The position numbers and the translations under genes were made by a program. A stretch of DNA of 64,000 bases from Ignavibacteriota bacterium (GTDB taxonomy: Bacteria > Bacteroidota > Ignavibacteria > UBA10030 > UBA6906): contig CAWDEM010000008.1 of the NCBI GenBank assembly GCA_963801355.1, positions 96,001-160,000 on the forward strand, written 5' to 3'. Every line of letters begins with the position of its first letter. Position 1 is the first letter of the stretch. Shown piece after piece: positions 10,565 to 20,700 of this stretch. Below the pieces are notes generated by a model. The model did no database searches, was not told where the DNA came from, and saw only the letters and a list, made by a program, of their open reading frames with translations.

Positions 10565-11575
10565 ATGCACACTCGACTCCATATCCACATTCTCACCCCG
10601 GCGCATGGTGCCGGTTTGCGCCGTTCGGCCGCCATCCTTGCTGCAGTTCTCCGCCAATCCGATTTTGAAGTGACAGTGACAGTCTTTCATGGTGAATTCA
10701 AGTCACGCATCAGGCGGGCGATCAGGAAGCTCGGCGGTTCCATGGTGCGCCGGCCGCTGTATGACATGAACATTTTCCTGGAATCAGCGAAGCCCGGATG
10801 GTTTCGGTACGCGCGCATCAATTGTCTCATTCCGAATCAGGAATGGATGAGAGACGACACCACGAAATTTCTCCCGACATTTGACTGGGTGCTTTGCAAG
10901 ACACGGCATGCAGAACAGATTTTCAACCGGCTGGGGTGCCGCACGCGCTTCGTCGGATTCACCGGCGTTGACCGGTTCGACGGCACGGTGACGCACAACT
11001 ATGACAGCTTTGTCCACATCGCCGGCAGCAGCGAATTGAAGGGTACCGGGACTCTGGTCCAATGCTGGTTGCGGCACCCGGAATGGCCCCGGCTGAAAGT
11101 GCTCTGGCATGCCCAAGGGATTTCGGCCACTCCAGCCCCCAATATCAAGTGGGTAACCTCACGTGTTGACGAGAGGACGCTCCGCCGGCTTCAGAACAGC
11201 CACAGTGTCCATTTCTGCCTGTCGGCGGCGGAGGGCTTCGGTCATTATATCGTCGAAGCCATGAGCTGCAAGGCCGTTGTTTTTGCGACAGACGCACCGC
11301 CGATGAATGAGCTTGTGCAGCCGGACCGGGGTATTCTGGTGCCGTATGCAGAAGAGCGGACCATGGGGCTGAGTAAAGGCTATCGCGTAGATGATGCAGC
11401 GATAGAGAAATCGGTTGAAGCTCTCGATCACATGAACACCGAAGAACGGAAGCGCAAGGGAGAGAATGCGCGTACGTGGTATATCGAGAATGATCGTCTA
11501 TTCCGGCAACGGCTCGCCACAACGATTAAAGCATTGTCGAATGATGATCCCGGCGATGGGATCCTGCTTTCCTGA
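10565..11575 (+). CDS. GT-B glycosyltransferase (GT4-like)
   Basis: HIAGSSELKGT and EGFGHYIVEAM..TDAPPMNELV (E-x7-E motif). Confidence 0.8.
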   Translation: MHTRLHIHILTPAHGAGLRRSAAILAAVLRQSDFEVTVTVFHGEFKSRIRRAIRKLGGSMVRRPLYDMNIFLESAKPGWFRYARINCLIPNQEWMRDDTTKFLPTFDWVLCKTRHAEQIFNRLGCRTRFVGFTGVDRFDGTVTHNYDSFVHIAGSSELKGTGTLVQCWLRHPEWPRLKVLWHAQGISATPAPNIKWVTSRVDERTLRRLQNSHSVHFCLSAAEGFGHYIVEAMSCKAVVFATDAPPMNELVQPDRGILVPYAEERTMGLSKGYRVDDAAIEKSVEALDHMNTEERKRKGENARTWYIENDRLFRQRLATTIKALSNDDPGDGILLS

Positions 11576-11694
11576 GGATTCAGAAACATCACGGTGGTGA
11601 GACAGCATGTGCGGTAATCCGAAGACACCGTGCCGGTGCCAGACACCCTGATCGCCGGAGTCCTCGGCATTGCCAACATTCTCTACTGGTGGTT

Positions 11695-13008
11695 CTAACC
11701 TGTTGAATCGCCAAGCAGCACTTCCCTGAAGGACTCATACCGGGAAGAAATCCGGATGCTCTGTTTGGATCGCTCTTGCGCTTCCCTGAGCTGCGGCGGG
11801 AGCGGAATCCGCATCCCCAGTGCCCGTTCGATGACATCAGGGAATTTCCCGGGATGTGCCGTCGCCAGAACTATGATCGGTTCTTTTCCGTTTCTCTTCC
11901 GCGCCGCTGCAACCCCGACAGCCGTGTGCGGATCCAGAATCTTCCCCGTCCTTTGGTAGGTGTCCCGGATCTCACCGAGCGTTTCCTCATCCGTGATGCT
12001 CACAGCTTCCAGTGCACTCTGCATGGCCGTAACATCGTCGCGGAAATGTGATCGTACTCTCGCCAGGTTGCTCGGGTTGCCGATATCCATGGCGTTGGAG
12101 TGTGTTTGCACTGCAGTGCGCGGGACGAACGAACCTGTGCGAATGTACTGAGCGCCGGCATCATTGACGTTTGTCGCTGCCACCAGTTTCCCTGCCGGCA
12201 GCCCCATGGCTTTCGCATATATCCCTGCGGTCAGATCACCGAAGTTGCCGCTGGGCACCACGAAGACGGGTGCGGTCTCTGCTCCTTCACTCCGGCGCGT
12301 GTTCCGCCACTGCGCCACTCCCCACACGTAGTAGCCAATCTGAGGGAGTAATCTGCCGAGGCTGATGGAATTCGCGGTGGTCAGATGCCGGGCCTCAGCC
12401 ACCTCCTTGTCGGCAAGTGCCTGCTTCACGAGACGCTGACAGTCATCGAACGTGCCATCGACCTCGAATGCATGAATGTTCCCGCCGAGAGTCGCCATCT
12501 GTTGCTCCTGCAGCGAACTGATTTTCCCGGAGGGGTAGAGAACATGCACGGTGATATGCGGCACATTGAAGAATCCATGGGCGACGGCACTTCCGGTATC
12601 GCCGGATGTCGCCACGGCAATCGTGATATCCTCATGCGTTTCGTACAGGTAGTGCGAAAGTATGTGGGCAAGAAATCGCACACCTATGTCTTTGAAAGCA
12701 AGAGTCGGTCCATGGAAGAGTTCGAGCAGGTGGATGTTGCCATGCAGGTGAGTGAGTGGTATGGGAAACGTCCATGCGCGCCTGAACACATCGCTACACT
12801 CATCGCGCGAAATGTCGTCGATGAACGCTGCAGCCACCTCAAGGCCGATCGCATGGAGAGATGTCGTCGAAAGTTCTCTCCTCAATGCCGCCGGGAGGCG
12901 GGGAAGCCGCTCCGGGATATACAGCCCGCCGTCAGGAGCTAGCCCCGAGAAAACGGCTTTCCGGAACGTCGTCGCGGGGGCATGTCCTGCTGTGCTCACA
13001 TAGTTCAC
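11695..13008 (-). CDS. thrC: Threonine synthase
   Basis: GLAPDGGLY, ELFHGPTLAFKD (PLP Lys), ATSGDTG, PSGNFGD; likely GTG start at 13008. Confidence 0.93.
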   Translation of the reverse strand: MNYVSTAGHAPATTFRKAVFSGLAPDGGLYIPERLPRLPAALRRELSTTSLHAIGLEVAAAFIDDISRDECSDVFRRAWTFPIPLTHLHGNIHLLELFHGPTLAFKDIGVRFLAHILSHYLYETHEDITIAVATSGDTGSAVAHGFFNVPHITVHVLYPSGKISSLQEQQMATLGGNIHAFEVDGTFDDCQRLVKQALADKEVAEARHLTTANSISLGRLLPQIGYYVWGVAQWRNTRRSEGAETAPVFVVPSGNFGDLTAGIYAKAMGLPAGKLVAATNVNDAGAQYIRTGSFVPRTAVQTHSNAMDIGNPSNLARVRSHFRDDVTAMQSALEAVSITDEETLGEIRDTYQRTGKILDPHTAVGVAAARKRNGKEPIIVLATAHPGKFPDVIERALGMRIPLPPQLREAQERSKQSIRISSRYESFREVLLGDSTG

Positions 13009-13036
13009 GTGCTGCGTGTCCAGAGTTTCACACTGT

Positions 13037-13987
13037 TCATGTGCTTCGTGTCCAGAGTATTTTTGCGCCGGCGCGGTTGATGCGCGACACGTACGCATCG
13101 CTCGCAATGCCCGCCGCGCGAGCAAATGTCTTTTGCATGGCGTTCGCCACCGCATGTGCCGTGTGGACCGAAGCCGTTACTGCAAACATGGACGGTCCTG
13201 ATCCGGAAATCGAACACCCGAACGCCCCCGCCCGCAGTGCGGATTCCCTGACGTCGGCAAAACCGGGGATGAGATTTGCCCGCACGGGTTCTGCCACTGC
13301 GTCCTCAATGCACCTTCCCACCAGCGCCGGATCACCTGCCGCCAACCCGACGGTCAATCCGCTGATGTTTCCCCACTGGTTGATGGCCGTCTGCAGTGTG
13401 ATGGCCTTCGGCAGCATGCTTCGGGCATCTTCTGTCCGGATGACCGTGTGCGGGTGGACGACAACCCATACGATCGTATCTCTTGTCGGAACCGGGATCA
13501 CATCCAGAGGAGTGTACTTGCGGACCAAACACGCGCCTCCGAACAAGCAGGGTGCCGCATTGTCGGCGTGTGCCGCGCCGGACGCCTTTCGTTCTCCTTC
13601 CATGGCGAATCGGAGGAGGTCGGCTCTTTCAACAGGCCGGGGAAGCAATGCGTTCACAGCGACTGCGGCTGCGACACTGCTGGCAGCGGAGCTCCCGAGT
13701 CCGGATCCAATCGGCATCCGTTTGTCAAGCATCAGCTTTATGCCGAAGGGTGGATGAAATTCATCCAGCATCAACACGGCGACGTGGCCCGCGACGTTTG
13801 ATCGTGCATCAACCGGCACATCGGGGTGTGTTGTCCGCACGGAAAAGGCGAGCCCGGGCGCGGCCTGGCGCTCGGCAACCACGACGTCACCCGGCTGATT
13901 AATCGCGAGGCCCAGCACGTCGAAGCCGGAACCGAGGTTGGCGATGGTTGCCGGTGCGAATACTCTCGTTTTGCGTGGACGTATCAT
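13037..13987 (-). CDS. thrB: Homoserine kinase
   Basis: PATIANLGSGFDVLG, PIGSGLGSSAAS, HADN, SGSGPS. Confidence 0.95.
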   Translation of the reverse strand: MIRPRKTRVFAPATIANLGSGFDVLGLAINQPGDVVVAERQAAPGLAFSVRTTHPDVPVDARSNVAGHVAVLMLDEFHPPFGIKLMLDKRMPIGSGLGSSAASSVAAAVAVNALLPRPVERADLLRFAMEGERKASGAAHADNAAPCLFGGACLVRKYTPLDVIPVPTRDTIVWVVVHPHTVIRTEDARSMLPKAITLQTAINQWGNISGLTVGLAAGDPALVGRCIEDAVAEPVRANLIPGFADVRESALRAGAFGCSISGSGPSMFAVTASVHTAHAVANAMQKTFARAAGIASDAYVSRINRAGAKILWTRST

Positions 13988-16455
13988 TGTGGGAGATAGT
14001 GCAAGAGTTTGAGAAGATCGGAAAATACACCCATTGCCGTCACTTCGGCTCCGGCGCCGGGTCCCTGCACCACGAGTGGCGATTGCGCATAACGATGCGT
14101 TGTAAAGGTAATGACATTATCACTCCCGTGCGTCGAAGCAAGCGGATGGTCCTGCGGGATCCCTTTCACCCCGGCAAACGCCGCCCTTCCCTGGAGCACG
14201 CCGGCATAGCGCAGCACCCGGCCCTGCTCCCGGGCTTCCAGGAAGCGGCGCCGCATCGCGGCATCGGATTTCCTGTACGCGGCGAAGAATCCCCGCGGCA
14301 GAGGTCCTCCACGCAATGCACGGGGCACAAGGTTCTCAGTCCGGATCTGCCGCAGATCCATTCGCAGCCCGAGCTGTCGTGCGAGGATGAGCAGTGTGCG
14401 TGCCACATCTTCACCTGACAGGTCATCACGCGGATCCGGCCCGGTGAAGCCGAGCTCCATGGCCTCCTGCACCAGAGCGCTGAACGGCACCGTGCCGTCG
14501 TAGCGGTTGAACAAATGACCGAGCGTGCCGGAAAACACCCCTTCGATCTTCACAATGGTGTCGCCGCTGGCAATCAAATCATCGAGCGTCGAGATGATGG
14601 GCAACCCTGCACCGACGTTAGCTTCGTAGAGAAAATACTTCTGGCGGCTTTTCACAAGATCCGTCAGCTGCTTGTACCGCCGCCAGGGGAGCACATTTGC
14701 TTTCTTGTTGGGTGTCACGATGTGCATATTCAGCCGCACGAAGTCTTCGTACAGGTCGACGATCTCTCCGCTCGCCGTGCAATCGACGATGACGGCGTTC
14801 GTGAATTGCAACTCCGCCAGGTGACGGAGGAACGACCGTCGTTCCATGCGCAGCGAGGAAGAATCCAGTACATCCTTCCACCGGAGGAGATCGATGCCAT
14901 CCGGCGAGAGCGCAAACCGGGAACTATCGGCGATTCCGCAGAGACGCGCTTCAAAGCCCCGTCCGTGCAAAAATCTGCGCTGTTGATGCAGCAGCCGCAA
15001 GAATGCAGCACCGATGCTCCCCGGTCCGATCACAATCACCGCGAGAGCTTTGCGCCGTTCAAAGAAGGCAGAATGAACCACGTTGAGTGCCCGGATTCGC
15101 TGACTCTCATCTATCACGAGCGAGATGTTGCGTTCTGATGCGCCCTGGGCTATGGCAGTGACGTTTATGCCATTGCGCCCCAGAGCCTGAAACACTTTTC
15201 CCGACACCCCAGGCGTCCCTTCCATGCCGTCACCCACGACGGCAATGATCATCTGGCCGGGTTTCTCGTCCAGTGACATCATCTTCGACAGCACTTCATA
15301 CCGGAATTCCTCGTTGACCGCCTCGCGCGCCCGGGGCACATCCACGCTGCTGACGGCGATGCAGATCGTGTGTTCCGAAGACGCCTGGGAAATGAGGATG
15401 ACGTTCACGTTGTGCGACGCCAGGCAACGGAAGAGCCTCCCCGCGGTTCCCGGCACGCCCACCATCCGCAAACCGCGAAGCGTGAGCAGCGTGCATTGAT
15501 CCACCGAGGCAATGCCCTTCGCGACGCTCTCCCACCGGTTGACATGGCTGGAGATGCGGGTGCCGGGTGCAGCGGGGTTCAGGCTGTTTTTGATGAGGAT
15601 GGGAATCCGTTTGACCACCGCAGGTGCAATCGTAGAGGAATGCAGAACCTTCGCCCCGAAGTACGAGAGCTCCATCGCTTCTTCGTAGGACATGTGCGGC
15701 ACAACGAACGCCGCCTTGACTGCCCTCGGATCCGCGCTGAGAATGCCGTCGACATCCGTCCATATTTCGATCACCCCCACTCCCAGCGCGGCACCGAGAA
15801 TCGCGGCGGTATAGTCTGAGCCGTCGCGCCCGATCGTGGTCGTGCGCCCGTCTTCCGTGGCTCCGATGAATCCTGTCACAACGGGAATCGCCGTCCTGCC
15901 CGAACGGCCATAGAGGCCGGAAAACACTTTCTTGACTGCCGCATTGGTCGCAGGAAACAATACGCCTGCCCTCGTGAATCGATCGTCAGTGACAATACAC
16001 GTCCGCGCGTCGACGAACCGGGCGGCCCTTGTGCGCTGGAGATAGGATGCCAGGGTGAGGGCCGACAGGCGTTCACCGAAACTTGCAGTCAAATCCTGGG
16101 TACGCGGAGAGCAATGGCGAAGCAGGTAGACCCCCTGGAGTACATTGTTGAGTTCTGAGAGGAGAGTCCGCACTTCGTTTGCCACCCGTTTGGGCGGACG
16201 GTGTGCGTGCAATTCGTCGAGTGTGTCCAGATGGCGCTTCACAAGCGTTTCATACAACGAGAGAAATTCCGCGTTGCCGTTCTCAGCCAGGCGGGCACAT
16301 TCCAGCAACTGATTTGTCACACCCTGATATGCGGAGACCACGACCAGCACAGGGCCGCGTCTTGCTGCCTGGAGCACGATCGAAGCGACATCGCGCATCC
16401 GGCCGGGGTTCGCCACTGAGGACCCCCCGAATTTCATCAGCTTGCGCTTTTGCAT
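13984..16455 (-). CDS. thrA: Bifunctional aspartokinase/homoserine dehydrogenase
   Basis: KFGGSSV, GRDGSDY, WTDVDG, two ACT domains (QASSE, QGASE), HSDH motifs TPNKKA and YEANVGAGLP. Confidence 0.93.
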   Translation of the reverse strand: MQKRKLMKFGGSSVANPGRMRDVASIVLQAARRGPVLVVVSAYQGVTNQLLECARLAENGNAEFLSLYETLVKRHLDTLDELHAHRPPKRVANEVRTLLSELNNVLQGVYLLRHCSPRTQDLTASFGERLSALTLASYLQRTRAARFVDARTCIVTDDRFTRAGVLFPATNAAVKKVFSGLYGRSGRTAIPVVTGFIGATEDGRTTTIGRDGSDYTAAILGAALGVGVIEIWTDVDGILSADPRAVKAAFVVPHMSYEEAMELSYFGAKVLHSSTIAPAVVKRIPILIKNSLNPAAPGTRISSHVNRWESVAKGIASVDQCTLLTLRGLRMVGVPGTAGRLFRCLASHNVNVILISQASSEHTICIAVSSVDVPRAREAVNEEFRYEVLSKMMSLDEKPGQMIIAVVGDGMEGTPGVSGKVFQALGRNGINVTAIAQGASERNISLVIDESQRIRALNVVHSAFFERRKALAVIVIGPGSIGAAFLRLLHQQRRFLHGRGFEARLCGIADSSRFALSPDGIDLLRWKDVLDSSSLRMERRSFLRHLAELQFTNAVIVDCTASGEIVDLYEDFVRLNMHIVTPNKKANVLPWRRYKQLTDLVKSRQKYFLYEANVGAGLPIISTLDDLIASGDTIVKIEGVFSGTLGHLFNRYDGTVPFSALVQEAMELGFTGPDPRDDLSGEDVARTLLILARQLGLRMDLRQIRTENLVPRALRGGPLPRGFFAAYRKSDAAMRRRFLEAREQGRVLRYAGVLQGRAAFAGVKGIPQDHPLASTHGSDNVITFTTHRYAQSPLVVQGPGAGAEVTAMGVFSDLLKLLHYLPQ

Positions 16456-16460
16456 GATGG

Positions 16461-17333
16461 TTACTGACCTTGACTCAGCACCTTGCTGAGTTCTTCAGAG
16501 CGGCGGGTTGCCGTGGCAACAGCATTGATGAGCATTGACCGCAACCCGTGCGACTCCAGTTCGTGAATCGCATTGATGGCTGTCCCGCCCGGCGTGGTCA
16601 CCTGGTCACGCAAGATTGCCGGATGGAGTCCGGACAACTTGACGAGCTTGGCCGACCCCAGTACGGTCTGAATGGCAAGGCGTGTCGCGATATCGCGCCC
16701 GAGTCCCATTTTTACGCCGCCGTCAATGAGTGCTTCGATAACCATGTAGATGTACGCCGGGCCGCTTCCGCTCAGGCCGGTGACGGCGTCAAGTTGTTCT
16801 TCGGCAACGGTGACGATCTCCCCGACAGCTGAAAAGATGGCCTCTGCGATCTTCTTCTGCTGTCCGGTGACATGGTCGCCATACGCAATTGCCGTTGCGC
16901 CTTCATCCACGGTCGAAGCGATGTTGGGCATCGTGCGGACAATCCCGAGCTTACGGCCTGCAAGCTCCTCCAGAAAGGCAATCCGTATGCCGGCCGCGAT
17001 GGAGATCACGAGGTGATCGTCGCGCAACACCGGCTTGATCTCTTTGAGGACCTTCGGGATGGTCATCGGTTTGACGCACAGCAGGACAATTTCGGCGCCG
17101 GCGACGGCGTCGCGCAGGTTCGTGCCGGTGCGTATATGCCACTTTGCCGCGAGGGCATGAAGCTTCTCACTGTTGATATCGCACCCCGTGATCTTCTGAG
17201 GCGGAGTCAATCCCGCTTTGACGATACCGATCAGGAGTGAAGTACCCATATTCCCCGTTCCGAGCACCGCGATGGTCTTGTCGATTTGATGGTGTTTTTC
17301 GGACCGATGCTTCCCGGTGGTGTCTGCTGTCAT
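16461..17333 (-). CDS. proC: Pyrroline-5-carboxylate reductase
   Basis: GTGNMG, RTMPN, LSGSGPAY, VTTPGGT. Confidence 0.95.
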   Translation of the reverse strand: MTADTTGKHRSEKHHQIDKTIAVLGTGNMGTSLLIGIVKAGLTPPQKITGCDINSEKLHALAAKWHIRTGTNLRDAVAGAEIVLLCVKPMTIPKVLKEIKPVLRDDHLVISIAAGIRIAFLEELAGRKLGIVRTMPNIASTVDEGATAIAYGDHVTGQQKKIAEAIFSAVGEIVTVAEEQLDAVTGLSGSGPAYIYMVIEALIDGGVKMGLGRDIATRLAIQTVLGSAKLVKLSGLHPAILRDQVTTPGGTAINAIHELESHGLRSMLINAVATATRRSEELSKVLSQGQ

Positions 17334-17478
17334 GGCTCAGTTCCTCATCATCCGTGAAAGGTTGTGATATCCCTCCGGACATTATCAACACTCCTCTGTC
17401 CGAGGCGAACTCTGCTTGACCTTGTTACTTCGTGGATATTGTTGCTTCTGGTGTGAGCGTTGTTGCCCCGGCCGTTCG

Positions 17479-17580
17479 TCAGCTGACTGTCGTCAGCTGT
17501 GGAGCGGGAAGGAGGCCGATCGTCGTGGTAGTAGTGCGGGTGAGGGATGCTGCAGACAGTATTCCCCGAGCGCCGGTCAC
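17479..17580 (-). CDS. Candidate Thr-rich leader peptide (33 aa) upstream of proC-thrABC
   Basis: GTG..TGA ORF VTGARGILSAASLTRTTTTTIGLLPAPQLTTVS with five consecutive Thr codons then Ile; weak GGGAG RBS. Confidence 0.4.
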   Translation of the reverse strand: MTGARGILSAASLTRTTTTTIGLLPAPQLTTVS

Positions 17581-17652
17581 GGTGCCAGATACTCCCGGGA
17601 ATCCGATATGTCTGCTGGCGTGCACTGTAGTGGCTTGCCTACATACAACCCC

Positions 17653-17680
17653 AATATAATGGAAAAGGAAGGGGTGTCAA
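17653..17680 (-). promoter_or_regulatory. Sigma70-type promoter for the proC-thr operon
   Basis: TTGACA-16nt-TATATT on minus strand. Confidence 0.65.
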
Positions 17681-17739
17681 GGGAAATTTCAAAGAGTTTT
17701 GGCTATATTCCTTCTATTCTACCCGTGAAAGGGTCATCC

Positions 17740-20700
17740 ATGTGCATCAAGGGCATCCCGCTTTTCCTACTCCCCGTTTTGTCTCTGTGTTTCTTTTCTA
17801 ATACGAGGGCAGCACAAATGCAGACAATCGTCTCACAGGTCAGCGTCAACCAGTTGCGATGTGAAGGCTTGTCCGATCCCCAGGGCATCGATGTGACGAC
17901 ACCACGCCTCAGCTGGATACTGGAATCCGACGAGCGAAGCCAGAAGCAGACGGCGTATCAGATACTTGTCGCTTCATCACCGGAACTCCTGCGAAAGGCC
18001 GAGAGTGACCGATGGAATTCCGGAAAAGTCCGGTCGGGGCAGTCCATTCAGGTCACCTACAAGGGCGCGCCACTGGCATCGGGAATGCCCTACTACTGGA
18101 TGGTGCGGATCTGGGACCGCAAAGGAAAGCCGTCACACTGGAGCCCTGTTGCGGAGTGGACGATGGGATTATTGAAGGAGAATGATTGGAAGGGGAAATG
18201 GATCGGTCTGGATGGGGTGGACACAACATACCACCTCGCGAGCACCAGCTGGATCTGGTACCCGGGCGGGCAACCGGAAAAGGCGGCACCCCTGGGGACG
18301 CGGTACTTTCGCCGTACGATCGTGATCCCTGAAGGCCGCACGGTGCAACGCGCACTCCTGTACGCCACGGCGGATGACTACGCGGAGTTCTTTTTGAATG
18401 ACGTACCCATCTGCACGACAACGAGCCATCGCCTTATCGCCGAGCTGAGAAACGTGCCGGGTGTCCGCACGGGGAAGAATGTTCTGGCGGTATCTGTGCG
18501 CAATCTCCCCATTCCCAATGAAGGGGACCGCCCAAATCCTGCGGGCCTCGTCGGGATGTTCGAAATCCGGTTCACGGACGGGACTTCCTTGCTCATTCCG
18601 ACCGACTCATTGTGGAAGACAGCCGACACGGCGACAGCGGGGTGGCAAATGGTGGAATTCGATGACGCGCACTGGGTAACCGCTCAGACGCTCGGTCCTG
18701 TGGGGATGCCTCCCTGGGGGAAGAAAAGCGGTGTGGCAAACAGGCGTCTCGCGGCACGATGGCTGCGGAAAGAGTTCACCCTTGACAGGCCCATCCGCAG
18801 GGCAACGGTGTACATGAGCGGCCTGGGATTGTCTGAACTGCACATCAACGGAAAGAAGATCGGCGATCACGTGCTTTCGCCTGCGTTGAGCGAATATCCC
18901 AAACGGGTGTTCTATGTGACGCATGATGTGTCGGGGGCTCTCGCTCCGGGGCGAAATACGCTCGGCGTCATTCTCGGCAACGGCAGGTACTATGCACCGA
19001 GACTGGGCTCGCCGACTGTCACGCAAACCTATGGCTATCCCAAACTGCTCCTGCAACTGCGGATCGAGAACGAAGATGGTACGACCGGGGATGTGGTGAG
19101 TGACGAATCGTGGAGGTTGAGCACGGATGGCCCCATCATCGCCAATAACGAATACGACGGCGAGGAATACGACGCGAGGAAAGAATTTGAAGGCTGGTCA
19201 TCCTCCGGGTTCAACGACGGAACCTGGCAGGTTCCCGCGATCGTTTCGCCGCCAGGCGGGGTGCTGAGTGCCCAGATGATCAGACCAATCCGGGTGGTTG
19301 AGACCCTGAAGCCGGTCTCGGTCAAAGAGCAGCGCCCGGGGGCGTTTATTTTTGACATGGGGCAGAACGTGGTCGGATGGTGCCGTCTCCGCGTACAGGG
19401 TGCGCGCGGATCGCAAATTTCCCTCCGTCACGCAGAGACCCTCAAGCCCGATGGAGAGCTGTACCTGGACAACATCCGGGGAGCAAAGGTAACCGATCTG
19501 TACACGCTGAAAGGCGAAGGAGAGGAAGTCTTCGAGCCTCGATTCACGTATCACGGTTTCCGGTTCGTGGAGATGACTGGATTTTCGGGCCGGCCGGAGA
19601 TCTCGGCGATCGAAGGCCGGGTCGTGAACGATGACGTTGAAACGGCCGGAGCATTCACGTGTTCACATCCGGTCATCAATAGAACCTACCGCAGTGTTGT
19701 GAGGGGCGTCCAGGGCAACTACAGAAGCATACCCACGGATTGCCCGCAGCGGGATGAACGGCAGGGATGGCTCGGCGATCGATCCGCTGAGTCCCGGGGT
19801 GAGTCATACCTTTTTGACATCGGAGCGTTGTATGCCAAATGGACGCAGGATATGGCCGACGCACAGAAACCGAACGGGAGCGTGAGCGATGTGTGTCCCG
19901 CGTACTGGCCCCTCTACAATGACAATGTCACGTGGCCGAGCAGCACGGTGATCATCCCCGGCGCGCTGTACGATCAGTATGCCGACACAGCGTTGATCCG
20001 CCGTCACTATCCGAGCATGGTGAAGTGGATCGATCACATGAGTGCCTACATCAAGGACGGGGTCATCGAGAAGGACACCTATGGCGACTGGTGCGTACCC
20101 CCGGAAAGTCCGGAATTGATCCACTCGAAGGATCCTCTCCGCAAGACTGCTCCCGGGATTCTCTCAACGAGCTACTTCTACCATGATCTTCAGCTGATGA
20201 CGCGGTTTGCAACGATCACCGGGAACGCACCCGATGCGAAGCGCTTTGCGGCACTGGCACGCAGTCTGAAGGAGGGTCTCCACCGGCGGTACTACAACGA
20301 TTCGCTCGGGTTCTATGACAACGGCTCGCAGACCTCCTGTGTCCTGCCGCTGGCATTCGGCATGGTCCCGTCGCACCTGCGCTCGAAGGTGTTCGCACGG
20401 CTTGTCTGGAAAATCGCCGAGGAGTCCAAAGGGCACATCGGAACGGGTCTGGTTGGCGGGCAGTGGCTCAACGGGGTCCTCACTGATTATGACCGGGCCG
20501 ACCTATCCTTCCGGTTCGCCACGAACACCACGTACCCGAGCTGGGGGTATATGATGGAGAAGGGGGCGACGACGGTGTGGGAGTTGTGGAACGGCGACAG
20601 CGCTGATCCCGCGATGAATTCGGGAAACCATGTCATGCTTGTAGGAGATCTGGTGGTCTGGTTATACGAGCGCGTTGCCGGCATCAGGGCGGATTCCGCG

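Noticed and set aside
17167-17391. Minus-strand ORF with GAGGAG RBS overlapping the proC start out of frame
   Set aside because: No protein-like features and mostly inside proC; could only matter as part of the leader mechanism, and is unsupported on its own
17416-17739. 108-aa N-terminal extension of the GH78 ORF
   Set aside because: Overlaps the divergent promoter/leader; the signal peptide starts at ATG 17740
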